A stretch of DNA of 64,000 nt from the human T2T-CHM13v2.0 reference genome, Homo sapiens, in the NCBI RefSeq assembly GCF_009914755.1, contig NC_060947.1; one strand, given 5' to 3'. Position 1 is the stretch's first letter. Each line of letters begins with the position of its first letter. Of the stretch, positions 49,875-64,000 are shown in pieces. The notes beneath the pieces are model-generated. The model ran no database searches and was not told the origin of the DNA. It saw only the letters and a list, made by a program, of their open reading frames with translations. The position numbers and the translations under genes are program-made.

Positions 49875-50356
49875 CCCAGGGCATATATTGTCATATATAT
49901 GGTAGACTCCCCTTCCACCTGGAGGACTAGAGCCGGGACATATATTATTATATACATGATAGACTCCCCTTCCTCCTGCAGCCAGGACATATATTATCTT
50001 ACATACAGCTGTAGACTCATGTCCACAGTGACACCATTAAATCCACCCAGTGAGGTTTTCTACTGTAGTGTTGACTGCATGGAGATTTGGTCAGCAAGTC
50101 CCCATAACCTCCAAATCTACTGGATGTCCTCCCATGCTAAAGCTCACTGACTTGGAAAACTCTCAAGTTGTGAAATAGATTCATATAAAAATGGACCCTC
50201 CGCTCCACATCTGGAATTCCATAATTCTGAATGTGTCCTCCTTTTCAGGCACTTCCTTGGACCATGTTTTGAATGCCTTGCCTGCACAGCTTACCTCTTC
50301 CTTGGACACTGCCAGTGCTACCATATTTGAGATGATGGGTCGGTCGTTTTTGTTTT

Positions 50357-51035
<679 letters not shown>

Positions 51036-51054
51036 TCCCAAGGGCACTCAATAG

Positions 51055-51170
51055 GTCCAGTCCTTCTGGTGGAAGAGGAGTCTACCATATATCAGGTAAA
51101 ATATGCCTGGGTCTGTTCCTCCAGGTGAAAGGGGAGTCTACCATATATATGATAACATATATGCCCTGGG
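51055..51170 (-). repeat. About two inverted copies of the 57-bp unit
   Basis: Reverse complement reads cccagggcatatatgttatcatatatatggtagactcccctttcacctggagg. Confidence 0.9.
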
Positions 51171-51249
51171 TCTATCATCTATGTATCTTATCTATCATCT
51201 ATCTATGTACCTCTCTATCAATCATCTATCTATGTATCTATCTACTAAA

Positions 51250-51945
51250 CAAAAAAATCAGGGCTAAGCATGGAGACTCATACCTGTAATCCCAGGACTT
51301 TTGGAAGCCAAGGCGGGGGGATTGCTTGAGCCCAAGTGTTCAAGATCGGCGTGGGCAAGATGGTGAGACCCTGTCTCTATTTAAAAAATAAAAAACAACC
51401 TTAAAAAAAGGAAAAATCAGGCTTTTAAATAATTAGTTTTATTCAGTATCTTACTGAAGATTGCAATCCCGGAATCTTTCAGAGTTTCTGTTAGACTGCT
51501 CCAAAACAGTGTTTCAACCCACAGCTTATACACAGGTGGTAGAAGTTCTGCAGGTGCTCAGAAGTTACAACAAATGTGCTCAGAAGTCATAGAAGTCACA
51601 ACACATGTTCTCAGAAGTCACCTCAGATGTGCTCAGGTGTTGCATTAGAGCCAGTTCTCATCAAGGTTTGAGCGCCAGGGAACAACTGTTTATAGATTAC
51701 AGAGGCACAGTCATTAATCCTGTCGGACATTATGTGTGGGAAGGGGCAGGGACTAGGAGCACTGAAACCATCTTTTCTAAAAATGCAGCGATTCAGGCAA
51801 GAGATGTGGGAACCTGTGCTCGATTTATCCCATTTATCGCCCTCAGGGCATTCTTCCACAGGGCTGGGCTATGTCACTCAGTCAGGGATTTTGTGACATA
51901 CCCCTGGCAAACAGAAGGCTTGTTACACTTGCGACTTTGTATCAC
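51250..51945 (-). mobile_element. Probable LTR (family uncertain) with FLAM insertion (51261-51395) and internal ~22-bp repeats
   Basis: ttttattcagtatcttactgaag; repeated gtgctcagaagttac; FLAM TSD aaaaatcagg. Confidence 0.45.
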
Positions 51946-53310
51946 ATATCTCTCTATCTGGTCCTAGTTCCTATTGGTAGTTTCTCTGGAGAACTCTGGC
52001 TAACACAGGAAGCACTTCCTCCTGAGAATAGCATCCAATGATAACATTTTGCAACTTATGTATCTTACAACTGGAGGAAGAAGTGGCTGTGTAAAGGAGA
52101 AACAGGGATAGAATGCCCTTCAATTTTTGGCTTCCTGATCCCTGGAAAGATTGGACAGGTGAGAGCAAGCATACACAAGGAAGGATTTGGATGGAGACAG
52201 AGAAGCTTTGTCTGGTGAACATCATTTTGATAAAGTAATTACTATCAATCATGAAAGTTTACCAGCCGTTAATCAGGACGCCATCCCTTTTACAAAAAAT
52301 ACTGCTACAAATATGACCCGATGCTCGTTAAGGTCTTCGTTATTCTTGGTGATTACTAGTATCCTCATTTGCAAATTTATTTTGCCAGTAAAAAGGTGAA
52401 GGCTTACAGAGGGGAACAAGTGGCCCCAGCGTGGCCAAATGTTTTGTCTGCAAGCTGGAAATGGATTACATTTTCATGTGGCCTCCTGATTAGTCACAGT
52501 CTCTTAGAAGAAAGAGGGTTCTGTTTATACATCGAAACTCTCTGTTTTCTTTTTTAATGAATAGTTTCCTTTTTGTTATACAGACCCAGAAAGAAAGGTG
52601 ACTGGACTGGATGTCAAATTTTAGTCGGTCTGCTTTTATGAATAAGGAATATTCATAAGGCAAAGAGGAGACACATCACATCACTTTGTAGGGAGCAAAA
52701 AGTTGTTTGCAAGCGTCTCTCTGAGTCAACAAGCTTCAGTTAGAAAGCAGTGTTCCTAACTGAAGTAGATTATCACCTAAGGATGAAAATGAAGCCACAT
52801 AAAAGTATTGAATCCTTGGGTTGGGTTACTTCAGACTTCTGGTCTTTTTTTTGTGTGCTGACCTCCCGTGGACTTTTCAAGCAGCCCCCACGGTGAGCAG
52901 GAAGAGAACCATGGGGCTTAATCATGCACGAAATCCTCCATCAGTGCAAGGGCTGGGGAAGGAGGGCTATTATTTGCACATGGGGAGGCATGAGCATCAT
53001 TAAACTGTTTCGCTGCAGAGAATCTATATGTACCAGAGATGAAGAGTGAGAGTAACTCAGTATCTTCATTTGTAAGCTAAGTTTTCTAGTAAAAATACAA
53101 GTACACAAATAAAGAGCATTCATTTTTCTTGTTTTGGTTTGCTTTAAGATAATAGACTTTATTTTTAGGCATTTTTAGGCTTACAGAAAAATAACCAGAA
53201 AATACAGAGAGGTCTTATATAGCCTTGTTGTTGAAAAAAAGTCAAACTCTGTAAAATATTTGAAAAAATTTATACTGAGTCAAATATGAGTGATTAATGG
53301 CCCGTGACAC

Positions 53311-53949
53311 TGTTACAGAAAAGGGGTCCTGATCCAGACCCCAAGAGAAGGTTTTTAGACCTCATACAAGAAAGAATTGAGGGTGAGTTCATAGAGTAAG
53401 GTGAAAGCAAGTTTATTAAGAAACTAAAGGAATAAAAGAATGGCTACTGCGTAGGCAGAGCAGCGGTGTGAGCTGCTTAACTGCTTACACTTCTTGTTAT
53501 TAAGACTTCTTGGTTATATGCTAAACAAGGGGTGAGTTATTCATGAGTTTTCTGGGAAAGGGGTGGGCATTTCCCAGACCTGTGTTCCTCCCCTTTTGGG
53601 ACCATATAGGGTAGCTTCCCGATGTTGCCATGGCATGTGTAAGCTGTCAGGGTGCTGGTGAGAGTGTCTTTTAGCCACTAATGCGTTATAATTAGTGTAT
53701 AATGAGCACTGAAGACAACCAGATGTCAATCTCATTGCCATCTTGGTTTTGGTGGGATTTGGCTGGCTTCTTTACATTATGCTGTTTTATCAGCAAGGTC
53801 TTTGTGACCTATATCATGTGCCGACCTCCTATCTCTTCCTGTGACTTAGAATACCTTAACTTCCTGGGAATGCAGCCGAGTAGGTCTCAACCTTATTTTA
53901 CCCAGCCCCTATTCAAGATGGAGTTGCTCCGGTACAAACACCCCTGATA
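53311..53949 (-). mobile_element. MER41B solo LTR, full length
   Basis: tgttacagaaaaggggtcctgatccagacccc ... attcaagatggagttgctc; TSD acac. Confidence 0.9.
53550..53558. promoter_or_regulatory. GAS (STAT) motif TTCTGGGAA within MER41B
   Basis: Matches TTCNNNGAA at the expected MER41B position; function untested. Confidence 0.5.
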
Positions 53950-54419
53950 ACACAACCTTCAGGAGATCCTGAAGACATGCATCCAAGGTGGCTGGGGCAC
54001 AGGCTAATTTTATATTTTAGGGAGACATGAGACATTAATCAAATACATGTAAGATGTACATTTGTTCAATTCAGAAAGGCAGGGCAACTCCAAGCTGGGG
54101 CGGCTTCCAGGTCATAGGTAGATTTAAAAATTTTCTGATTGGCAATTGATTGAAAGAGTTATCAATAGAAGGGAATGTCTGGGTTATGATGATAAAAGAT
54201 TGTGAACACCAAGGTTTTATTAATATCATGTGGATGAAGCCTCCAGGTAGCAGGCTTCAGAGAGAATAGATTGTAAATATTTCTTACCAAACTTAAGGCC
54301 TGTGGTGATGTTAATGCTAGGCAGTTTTTCCTGAATTCCAAAAAGGAGGAGGGTATAACGAAGCTTGTCTGACCTTCCCTTCCCGCCATCGCCTGAACCA
54401 GTTTTTCAGGTTAACTTAG

Positions 54420-54698
<279 letters not shown>

Positions 54699-55405
54699 TG
54701 ACCTCCTGACCTCAAGTGATCCACTGCCTCAGCCTTCCAAAGTGTTGGAATTACAGGTGTGAGACATTGTGCCTGGCTGGGACGCTTAGAATTTTATTTT
54801 TCATTTATACCCTCTCATTCTATCCATTTTCCAGTCTCAAATTAGTGTAATACATTTGTCACAATTGATAAAGCAATGTTGACACTTTGAACCAAAATAT
54901 CTAAGAGGGGTCTCAGTCAATTTAGAAAGTTTATTTTGCCAAGGTTAAGCACACACTGGTGACACAACCTCAAGAAGTCCTGATGATTTTTGTCCAAGGT
55001 GGTCAGGGCACAACTTGGTTTTATACATTTTAGGGAAACATGAGACATCAATCAATATATGTAAGATGTACATTGGTTTAGACTGGAAAGGCGGGACAAC
55101 TCTAAGGGGGAGCGGACTTGCAGATCATAGTAGATAACAGAAAAAATGGTTACATTCTTTTGAGTTTCTGATTAGCCTTTCACTGAATGCAAAATTTATA
55201 GGAATTAGTCACTTATGCCTCAGTCTGGCTTAGTGAAACAATAGGGCAGATGAAACCATCTGATATACATTGGTCTCACAGGAGCCAAGGGATGACTTTG
55301 AGTTCCTTCTGCCCTTTGTCCACAAGGAATTTCCTCGTGGGCAAATTGTGAGGAAGGGATGTATGTTCGTTATCTTTGCAGTTATCTTATTTAGGAATAG
55401 AATTT

Positions 55406-56141
55406 TGTCTGGATTGATGGGTTCTTGGTCTCGCTGACTTCAAGAATGAAGCTGCGGACCCTCTTAAAGGTGGCGCGTCTGGAGTTGTTCCCTCCTCCCA
55501 GTGGGTTCGTGGTCTCGATGGCCTCAGGAGTGAAGCTGCAGACCTTCACGGTGAGTGTTACAGTTCATAAAGGTGGCGCGTCCAGAGTTGTTCGTTCCTC
55601 CCGTCCGGAGTTGTTTGTCCCTCCTGGTGGGTTCGTGATCTCGCTGGCTTCAGGAGTGAAGCTGCAGACCTCTGTGGTGAGTGTGGTGGCACAGACCCAA
55701 AGAGTGAGCAGCAACAAGATTTATTGTGAAGAGCAAGAACAAAGCTTCCACACCGTGGAAGGGGGACCCAAGCAGGTTGCCGTTGTTGGCTCGGGTGGCC
55801 TGCTTTTATTCCCTTATTTGGCCCTACCCACATCCTGCTGATTGGTCCATTTTACAGAGCACTGATTGGTCCATTTTACAGAGTGCTGATTGGTCTGTTT
55901 TACAGAGTGCTAATTGGTCTGTTTCACAGAGTGCTTATTGGTGCGTTTCCAATCCTTTAGCTAGACACAAAAGTTCTGCAAGTCCCCACCCAATTAGCTA
56001 GACACAGAGTGCTGATTGGTGTGTTTACAAACCTTTAGCTAGACACAGAGTGCTGATTGGTGCATTTACAATCCTTTAGCTAGACAGAAAAGTTCTCCAA
56101 GTCCCCACCTGACCCAGAAGCCCAGCTGGCTTCACATCTCA
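55406..56141 (-). mobile_element. LTR12 (ERV9) solo LTR
   Basis: tcaggagtgaagctgcagacc repeats and gctgattggtccattttacaga repeats; gaat on both flanks. Confidence 0.93.
55804..56060 (-). promoter_or_regulatory. LTR12 U3 promoter: seven CCAAT boxes on the minus strand and an AATAAAA TATA-like box
   Basis: ATTGG at 55841, 55865, 55889, 55913, 55937, 56015, 56056; ttttatt at 55804. Confidence 0.6.
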
Positions 56142-56419
56142 GAATGGGAGGCAGGTTTGCCCGACACAGTTCCCAGCTTGACTTTTCTCTTCGGGTTAGT
56201 AATTTTGGGATCATGAGATGTATTTTCCTTTCATAATACATTATTTTTTAACTAAAGTCCATAGTTTCTATCAGGTTTACCACTTACATTGTACACTCTC
56301 TGGGTTTTGACAAGTGCATATATGTTACTATATCATTATAACACCATTGCAGATGTAAGATGATCCAGATAATGTATGCAGAATTGATTTAGAATTCCAG
56401 ACTGCATGATAGTATGTTT

Positions 56420-56721
56420 TTGTTTGGTTGGTTTTGTTTAAGATGGAGTCTCGCTCTGTCACCCAGGCTGGAGTGCAGTGGTGCAATCTCGGCTCACTGC
56501 CACCTTCGCCTCAAAGATTCAAGTGATTCTCTTGCCTCAGCCTCCTGAGTAGCTGGGACTACAGGTGTGCACCACCACCCTTGGCTAACTTTTGTATTTT
56601 TAGTAGAGATAGGATTTTGCCATGTTGCCCAGGCTGATCTCGAACTCCTGACCTCAGGTGATCTGCCCTCCTCGGCCTCCCAAAGTGCTGGTATTACAGG
56701 CGTGAGCCACCTTGCTGGGCC
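56420..56721 (-). mobile_element. AluSx-like
   Basis: Antisense Alu dimer. Confidence 0.95.
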
Positions 56722-56826
56722 ACTATGTATTTTTTAAACCCCCAATTCAATTTCTCTGCATCAATTAAGAAATAAATCCATCTGTTCTAATAAAATACAA
56801 AGAATTGAAGGTTTCTTGTTGCTCAC

Positions 56827-57222
56827 TGTATTAGTGCATTCTCACAGTGCTATAAAGAACTACCTGAGACTGGGTAATTTATAAAGAAAAGAGGTTTAAT
56901 TGGCTCATGGTTCTGCAGGCTGTACAGGAAGCACGGCTGGGGAGGCCTCAGGAAACTTACAATCATGGCAGAAGGTGAAGGGGAAGCAGGAGTCTTACAC
57001 AGCCAGAGTAGGAGCAAGACAGAGAGAGAAGAGGTGCCACACACTTTTAAACATCCAGATTTCCCGAGAACTCTATCGCGAGAGCAGTACTAAGAGGATA
57101 GTGCTAAACCATTAGAAACTGCCCCCATAATCCAATCACCTCGCGCCAGGCCCCACCTCCAGCATTGGGGATTACGATTAAACTTGAGATTTGGGCAGGG
57201 ACACAGATCCAAGCCGTATCAC
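56827..57222 (-). mobile_element. MST MaLR solo LTR
   Basis: tgtattagtgcattctcacagtgc ... ccaagccgtatca; TSD ctcac. Confidence 0.9.
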
Positions 57223-57739
57223 TCACTGTAAAGGAAGCAATGTCAGAGAAACGAAGGCCATAAGAAAAAACGGTGTCCCTATTGGGAGTGTGCTATCTAT
57301 TAAGAACATACATTGATAAGCACCAGACGTTTGTAATATACGTGGGAGCATAATGCAGTTTAAGAAAACAAAGACAAGATCGTTCTGCAACACCAAAAGC
57401 TGGAGGATTGTCATGGAGCAAACCGAAGTTCAGGGAGGAAAAAAAGCTTTTTTTTATTTTAAATACCGAATTATGACTGCAGCTCTATTTTTGACTTCCA
57501 TGAGAGGCAATTCCAAATTGACAAACTTTGTTTCCCAGTTTTGAGAATGGACTTTACCTGTGGGGTGATGGAGAAAGAGGATACCACAAATTCTCACTGC
57601 ATAGAGTAGTGTTTGACCAGTTGAGCAAAGGAAAGGGTTTAGTCTCTATTTTAAGAAATTTTAGGCTTCCCAGGATTTTCTCTAGGCCTTGCCTTGTTTG
57701 CACAAACACGATAAAGCAACTGTTTCGTTGATGTCCTGG

Positions 57740-58371
57740 TGAAACCACCTTTGTAAAATTGTGACTGAGACAGTGAAAGAGGTCTAACCTAACCAAGTCC
57801 ATCTTGCTTCTAACCTCTAAGCTGTCCTTTTTCACTCCTGGGCGTAGGCTGAACTAACTTTGGGAGAAACTTAGTTTATAGTTTAAAACAAAGATGATAA
57901 CGGCCCTTTCCAAAGCAGACCTTCTTCTTGCCTGGGGACTAGACTGCCTTTTTAGGACTAACATTAGTGCAAGATTAGAAATTGTGGTTTAGGAGTCATG
58001 CAGCTGGAGGCTACAAGATTCTGGCCCTCCCTAAACTGCTCTTAAGATCAGTGCTTGAGATATCTTGCAGACCCTGCACTTGATGGATCAGCTGGCACCA
58101 CCCAGATCAATAAACTGGCCCCCATCCAGGAACCGATTCAGCTCCCTGACCAATCAGCACTCCCGGCTCACTGGCTTCCCCAGACCCACCAAGTTGTCCT
58201 TAAAAACTCAGATCCCGGAATGCTCAGGCAGACTGATTTGAGCAATAATAAAACTCTAGCCTCCCGCACAGCCTGCTCTGCGTGAATTACTGTTTCTCTA
58301 TTGCAATTCCCCTATCTTGATAAATCCACTCTGTCTAGGTAGCAGGCAAGGTGAACCCTTTGAGCGGTTAC
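57740..58371 (+). mobile_element. LTR8-type ERV1 solo LTR
   Basis: tgaaaccacctttgtaaaattgtgactgagacagtgaaagag ... caaggtgaaccctttgagcggttac. Confidence 0.85.
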
Positions 58372-58580
58372 CTTGGGCTTCTTGAGGGAACTAATTTTCA
58401 GCTTTTTGGCTTTTTTGTCTCTCTGTTGGGGAGGTTTCATTTCTAGTCTGTGTGAACCCTCCATCTTCTGCGATGTCAAGCAGTTGCTAGGGAATTAGTT
58501 CATATTTATTACTCTGGCTGCAGTTTCTGTCTTCAGGTCTAGGACTTTGAGATTTCATTTTTAAGTGACTATGTTTTTTA

Positions 58581-59558
<978 letters not shown>

Positions 59559-59705
59559 CCAAACCAGTATTTTTTTAAAGAATTTTCCAAAATGTTAACA
59601 TTGACTTTCTGGGTTGTGAGATCACAGATACTATATGTCATAGTATATTCTTTAATTATATCAGTAATTTTACCATTTTGAGCAATAAAAAAATAATAAT
59701 ATTTG

Positions 59706-59989
<284 letters not shown>

Positions 59990-60716
59990 TTAAAATAATA
60001 ATAATATTTAAAAAACACAGTGGATACTATTGCCTGGAAATTATAAGACCTTTAGCTGAGTATCACATGAGAGTAGCCAAAATTGATTACTCAAAATTAT
60101 GTTATTTGGCCATAGGTAAGGACATGTAAATTTGGGAAGAATTTATGAAAAAGAGAATGAGATATTTGATCAAAGATGAAGATCCCTGCTTCTGTTGGAA
60201 AATATCAAAGAACAACCGGACACATTCATTGCGATTCAGGAAAGGTTTTAATGGGATGACTTCAAAGAGGAAGACATATTTTCAATTGCAGAAATGGCAA
60301 GGGCACATTGTTGGTGCGAAGGCCTGAGTCGGTGGGAAATAAATGAGCTAATCTAAGACACTGACATAAAGCTTCCAGGAAAGAAATATGGACAGTGGTG
60401 CAGTCGTGAGAAATGTGTTTGATCTTGCAGAAGTGGTGTCATTTGTGAGAGTGACAGGCAGATTCACACAAGCGCATAGAATGCACCCTACAGACACAGA
60501 GCCGACACACCTCGCTTAAAGGGGAGCTGGAATTTAGGATGCATAATTTAGGGAGAAGATGATAAAATAATGGCTAACCAAACAGCACACACACAAACTC
60601 ACGTGCACGCATGGACACACACACACACACACACGAATCTACTATATCAAAGAAAATAGAAACAGCCTGAATTTTTGGTGCACAATTTTAAAAGCAGATA
60701 CCGTAAAAGTAAATTT

Positions 60717-61103
<387 letters not shown>

Positions 61104-61135
61104 TTAGGGATTAACTGATTAAGCAATATTCAATC

Positions 61136-61136
<1 letters not shown>

Positions 61137-61169
<33 letters not shown>

Positions 61170-61462
61170 TAGAGACAGGATCTTAGTCTATCACCCAGGC
61201 TGGAGTGCAGTGGTATAATCACAGCTCACTGCAGCCTCTAAATCCTAGGCTGGAGTGATCCTCCTGCCTCAGCCTCTTGAGTAGCTGGGACTACAGCTGT
61301 GCATCACCATGCCCAGCTAAGTTTTTAATTTTTTGTAGAGATTGGGTGGGGGAGGTCTCACTATGTTGCATAGGCTGGGGTCAAACTCCTGGCCTCGAGC
61401 CATCCTTTCACCTCGGCCTCCCAAGGCCCTGAGATTACAGATATGAGCCACTGTGCCTGGCC
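61137..61462 (-). mobile_element. AluJ
   Basis: Antisense Alu dimer. Confidence 0.93.
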
Positions 61463-63406
61463 TGTTATTTTTTTAACATATCAGTTGCACAAGACTCCCA
61501 CCTACAGCGAAGCAGGATGAAAAGAGATTAAGCTCTGATGAGAAGCCATTCAGTGTGGTGTGTTACCTTCTTTGTAGGATCCTGAACAGATCACCTTATC
61601 TCTAGATTTCAGCTTTTTCAGCTTCAAAACAAAAAGTCGGACCTGAGTTATCTTGACTGTTCTTACTGAAATTCTCTGAGTCCTGTATGAGAAAAAAACT
61701 ACATAATTTTCCCCTATTTTGTTTTGTAATATAGAAAGAGTTTCTTCCTTTCTATTCTTTGTTTAGAATACAACTTTATGTTTTGTTTTCAATAAATCTT
61801 TGAGAATGAGGTGTTGACTTCTACGGGTCATTCAAGGTGAATTTTCATTCAGGCATTTAAAAAAAAGAATGATTCACTCTTGGGAAATGTCAGCTGACTG
61901 AGCTGCCGCTCCTTTTTAAGTCAGGAATAAGTAGTAAAGTGCGTTTTTATACAGAATATTACCTATTCCATGTAAATCTTTAATAAGGCATGCTAGAGGG
62001 TTTTAAAAGAAATCCAGACTTCATGAAATGAGAATATCCAGAGGGAAAAATGATTGAATTTAAAGAGAGAGAGAGAGAAAAAAAAAGAAGGAACCTTCAG
62101 TGGTAACTGTATTCAGCCAAGGGGATCTGCTGATGGAATTATGAAATCCAGTTTGGGAAGTGAAGTGAACTTTCCCAGCCACCGACTCAAAGCACAAGAT
62201 CCTAAAGTGCTTAATGAACAGTGAAGGCTGACCTGTGAAGGATTAGGAATTTCAGACATGTGTTACTTAAGCTTCTCATTCCCAGAACCAAAATTCCTCG
62301 CAATAAAAGAAAGAAAGAAGTCAGCATGATGGCTCCATCGCTGGGCTGACCTCAGATCGTGCTGGTCTCAGTGATGAACGGAAGGAATGAGAAATCTTCT
62401 AACAGATTCCACATTTCTGGTATTGTTTTTGACTCCTCTGACTTTGTCTTTACCCCAATTACCCTGTAGCCTGATCTCACTATTTCCCCTGAAATACAAC
62501 AATTTTTCTCTGAAATACAACAATCTGTGTTACCTTAATCAGCAGATCATTGTTCCATGGCAAAGTAATTATTGAGGAAAGCTGTGAAAGAAAAAAAGAC
62601 TCTTGTATATGCCTGCCAATTAATTACTCTGTTATTGTTCTGATTTTCTTTTCTTTCTTGATTTTAACCAATCTACCCCTTGTTTTAGGGAACGGTTTTG
62701 CATGGAGCTGAAATCAAAATTTGTTTTTAACCAAATTGTCGTTCTTCACAGAATGTCAATGCAATAATACCTTCAGGCTCTTGGAGAAGATATAGTTTAC
62801 AAAGGGCCATTTTTGTATATGGGATCTTCTCCTATACATCTTCAACAGCTTGAGTTGAGCCACTGCATGCAAACTGATGACCTTGCTAATGACGCTGGTT
62901 GGTTCTACTACTTCACTGATCCCCTTTGTCTTGGTGAATGAATGAAGGGGTTTAAGATAAGACCACTGGCCAATCCTGTAGCTGACTTACAAACACCTGG
63001 AAAAGTGGTGAGATGGGATCAGTTATCACTGGATAAGCTTCATACAGAACCTTAGAGAAAATGTCCTAAAATCTTTTTAATCCAGAAAATCACGTTTTTA
63101 CTGTTAGATTATGTTTTTGTTTAATCCAGAGAATTATATTTTAGGTTAACTGTACACATTCTATTTACCTGTACTGAGTAGGGTCAAAATTATGTTTTTA
63201 GTTTGTTGAATTCCATGATACTTCCTCATGCTGAATTCATTGAATTGCATGCAAAAGATTCTGAATGACAACCAAAATGTCAGCTATATGTTTATTCAAA
63301 TTCATTTGTAATGTTAATTCAGTAAACCTTTTAACTGCTAGGCATCAACCTAAGGCAATCGTCTTCTCCAATTAAGAAGTATATATGCAAAGCTACATTA
63401 TAATTA

Positions 63407-63494
63407 GGGAGAGAATTTTTGAGTTTACAGAGTCATAAAACATAAGTGGATTGGGAGATAATTTTTGAGTTTACAGAGTCATAAAACTTAAGTG
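63407..63494 (+). repeat. 46-bp tandem duplication (2 copies)
   Basis: gggaga.aatttttgagtttacagagtcataaaac.taagtg at 63407 and 63453. Confidence 0.9.
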
Positions 63495-64000
63495 AACTGA
63501 ATGTTTCCTGACTCAAATGGATTTAAGAGTTCTTTTCTATAAAAAGAGGCGCATGTCCTTGGAAATACAGTCTTCTCTCAGCTGAGTAGGGTGTTTTCTC
63601 CTCTAACTCCTATAACCAATAGATATGGCAGCTTGGACTTAGGTCTTTTATTTGCTTTGTTTCATTTCATTAGATGCTTGTGTGACACACTGCACGTATC
63701 TGGATATGTTCACACCTCCATTCAAGTCAGCATTTGTTGTATGAGTCACTGTCTTTACTTAAGGCAACGATCACTATCTCTTTCGGTACTGAATATATTA
63801 TATTTTGGTTTACATTTTCCCTTTTGCAATTCCTCATTTTCAAGTTTTACATGTAGGCTGCCCATGGTCTCAAAAAAAGCAAATAACTACATAAATGCTC
63901 TGTCTTATTCTCAGTAATGACAACCGCATATTTGAAGATTTCTGGAAGATTTTCCTACATGGAAATATGTCAATGTTGTGGGGCCACTGGGTTATTTATT

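Larger units (their letters stand above)
48400..50030 (+). repeat. Diverged 57-bp tandem repeat (~12 units), interrupted by two Alus and MLT2A
   Basis: Unit starts at 48400, 48457, 48514, 48571; core tatcatatatatggtagactccccttccacctggaggactggagccagggcatata. Confidence 0.9.
54886..56235 (-). mobile_element. MER4A-type LTR interrupted by LTR12
   Basis: ggtctcagtcaatttagaaagtttattttgccaaggtt; homologous to 6604-7063. Confidence 0.85.

Noticed and set aside
61700-64000. Repeat-poor stretches (also ~19020-20480, ~26100-27300, ~46400-47800) as possible exons
   Set aside because: No convincing ORF, splice-site pair or recognisable protein similarity. Non-coding exons cannot be excluded without RNA data.

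Overview
Repeat-dense, apparently non-coding human genomic DNA. The species call rests on an essentially consensus AluYa5, a subfamily that is almost entirely human-specific. The window holds about 40 Alu copies or fragments, several 5'-truncated L1s, L2/MIR relics, two hAT DNA transposons, many ERV1/MaLR/ERVL solo LTRs (often nested several deep) and many microsatellites. I find no supportable protein-coding exon, RNA gene, CpG island or CRISPR array; the listed ORFs I could trace come from Alu, L1, LTR or low-complexity sequence, and the rest are short with no recognisable domain. I see no new multi-gene system. The most notable items are: a ~1.24 kb array of a 29-bp unit carrying an ETS motif inside a split LTR; an old 57-bp repeat that has been invaded by transposons and partly inverted; several short local copy-paste duplications landing inside other elements; and LTR12 and MER41B copies that keep promoter/enhancer motifs. 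Repeat subfamily names come from recalled consensus sequences, boundaries are approximate, and both need RepeatMasker/Dfam confirmation.
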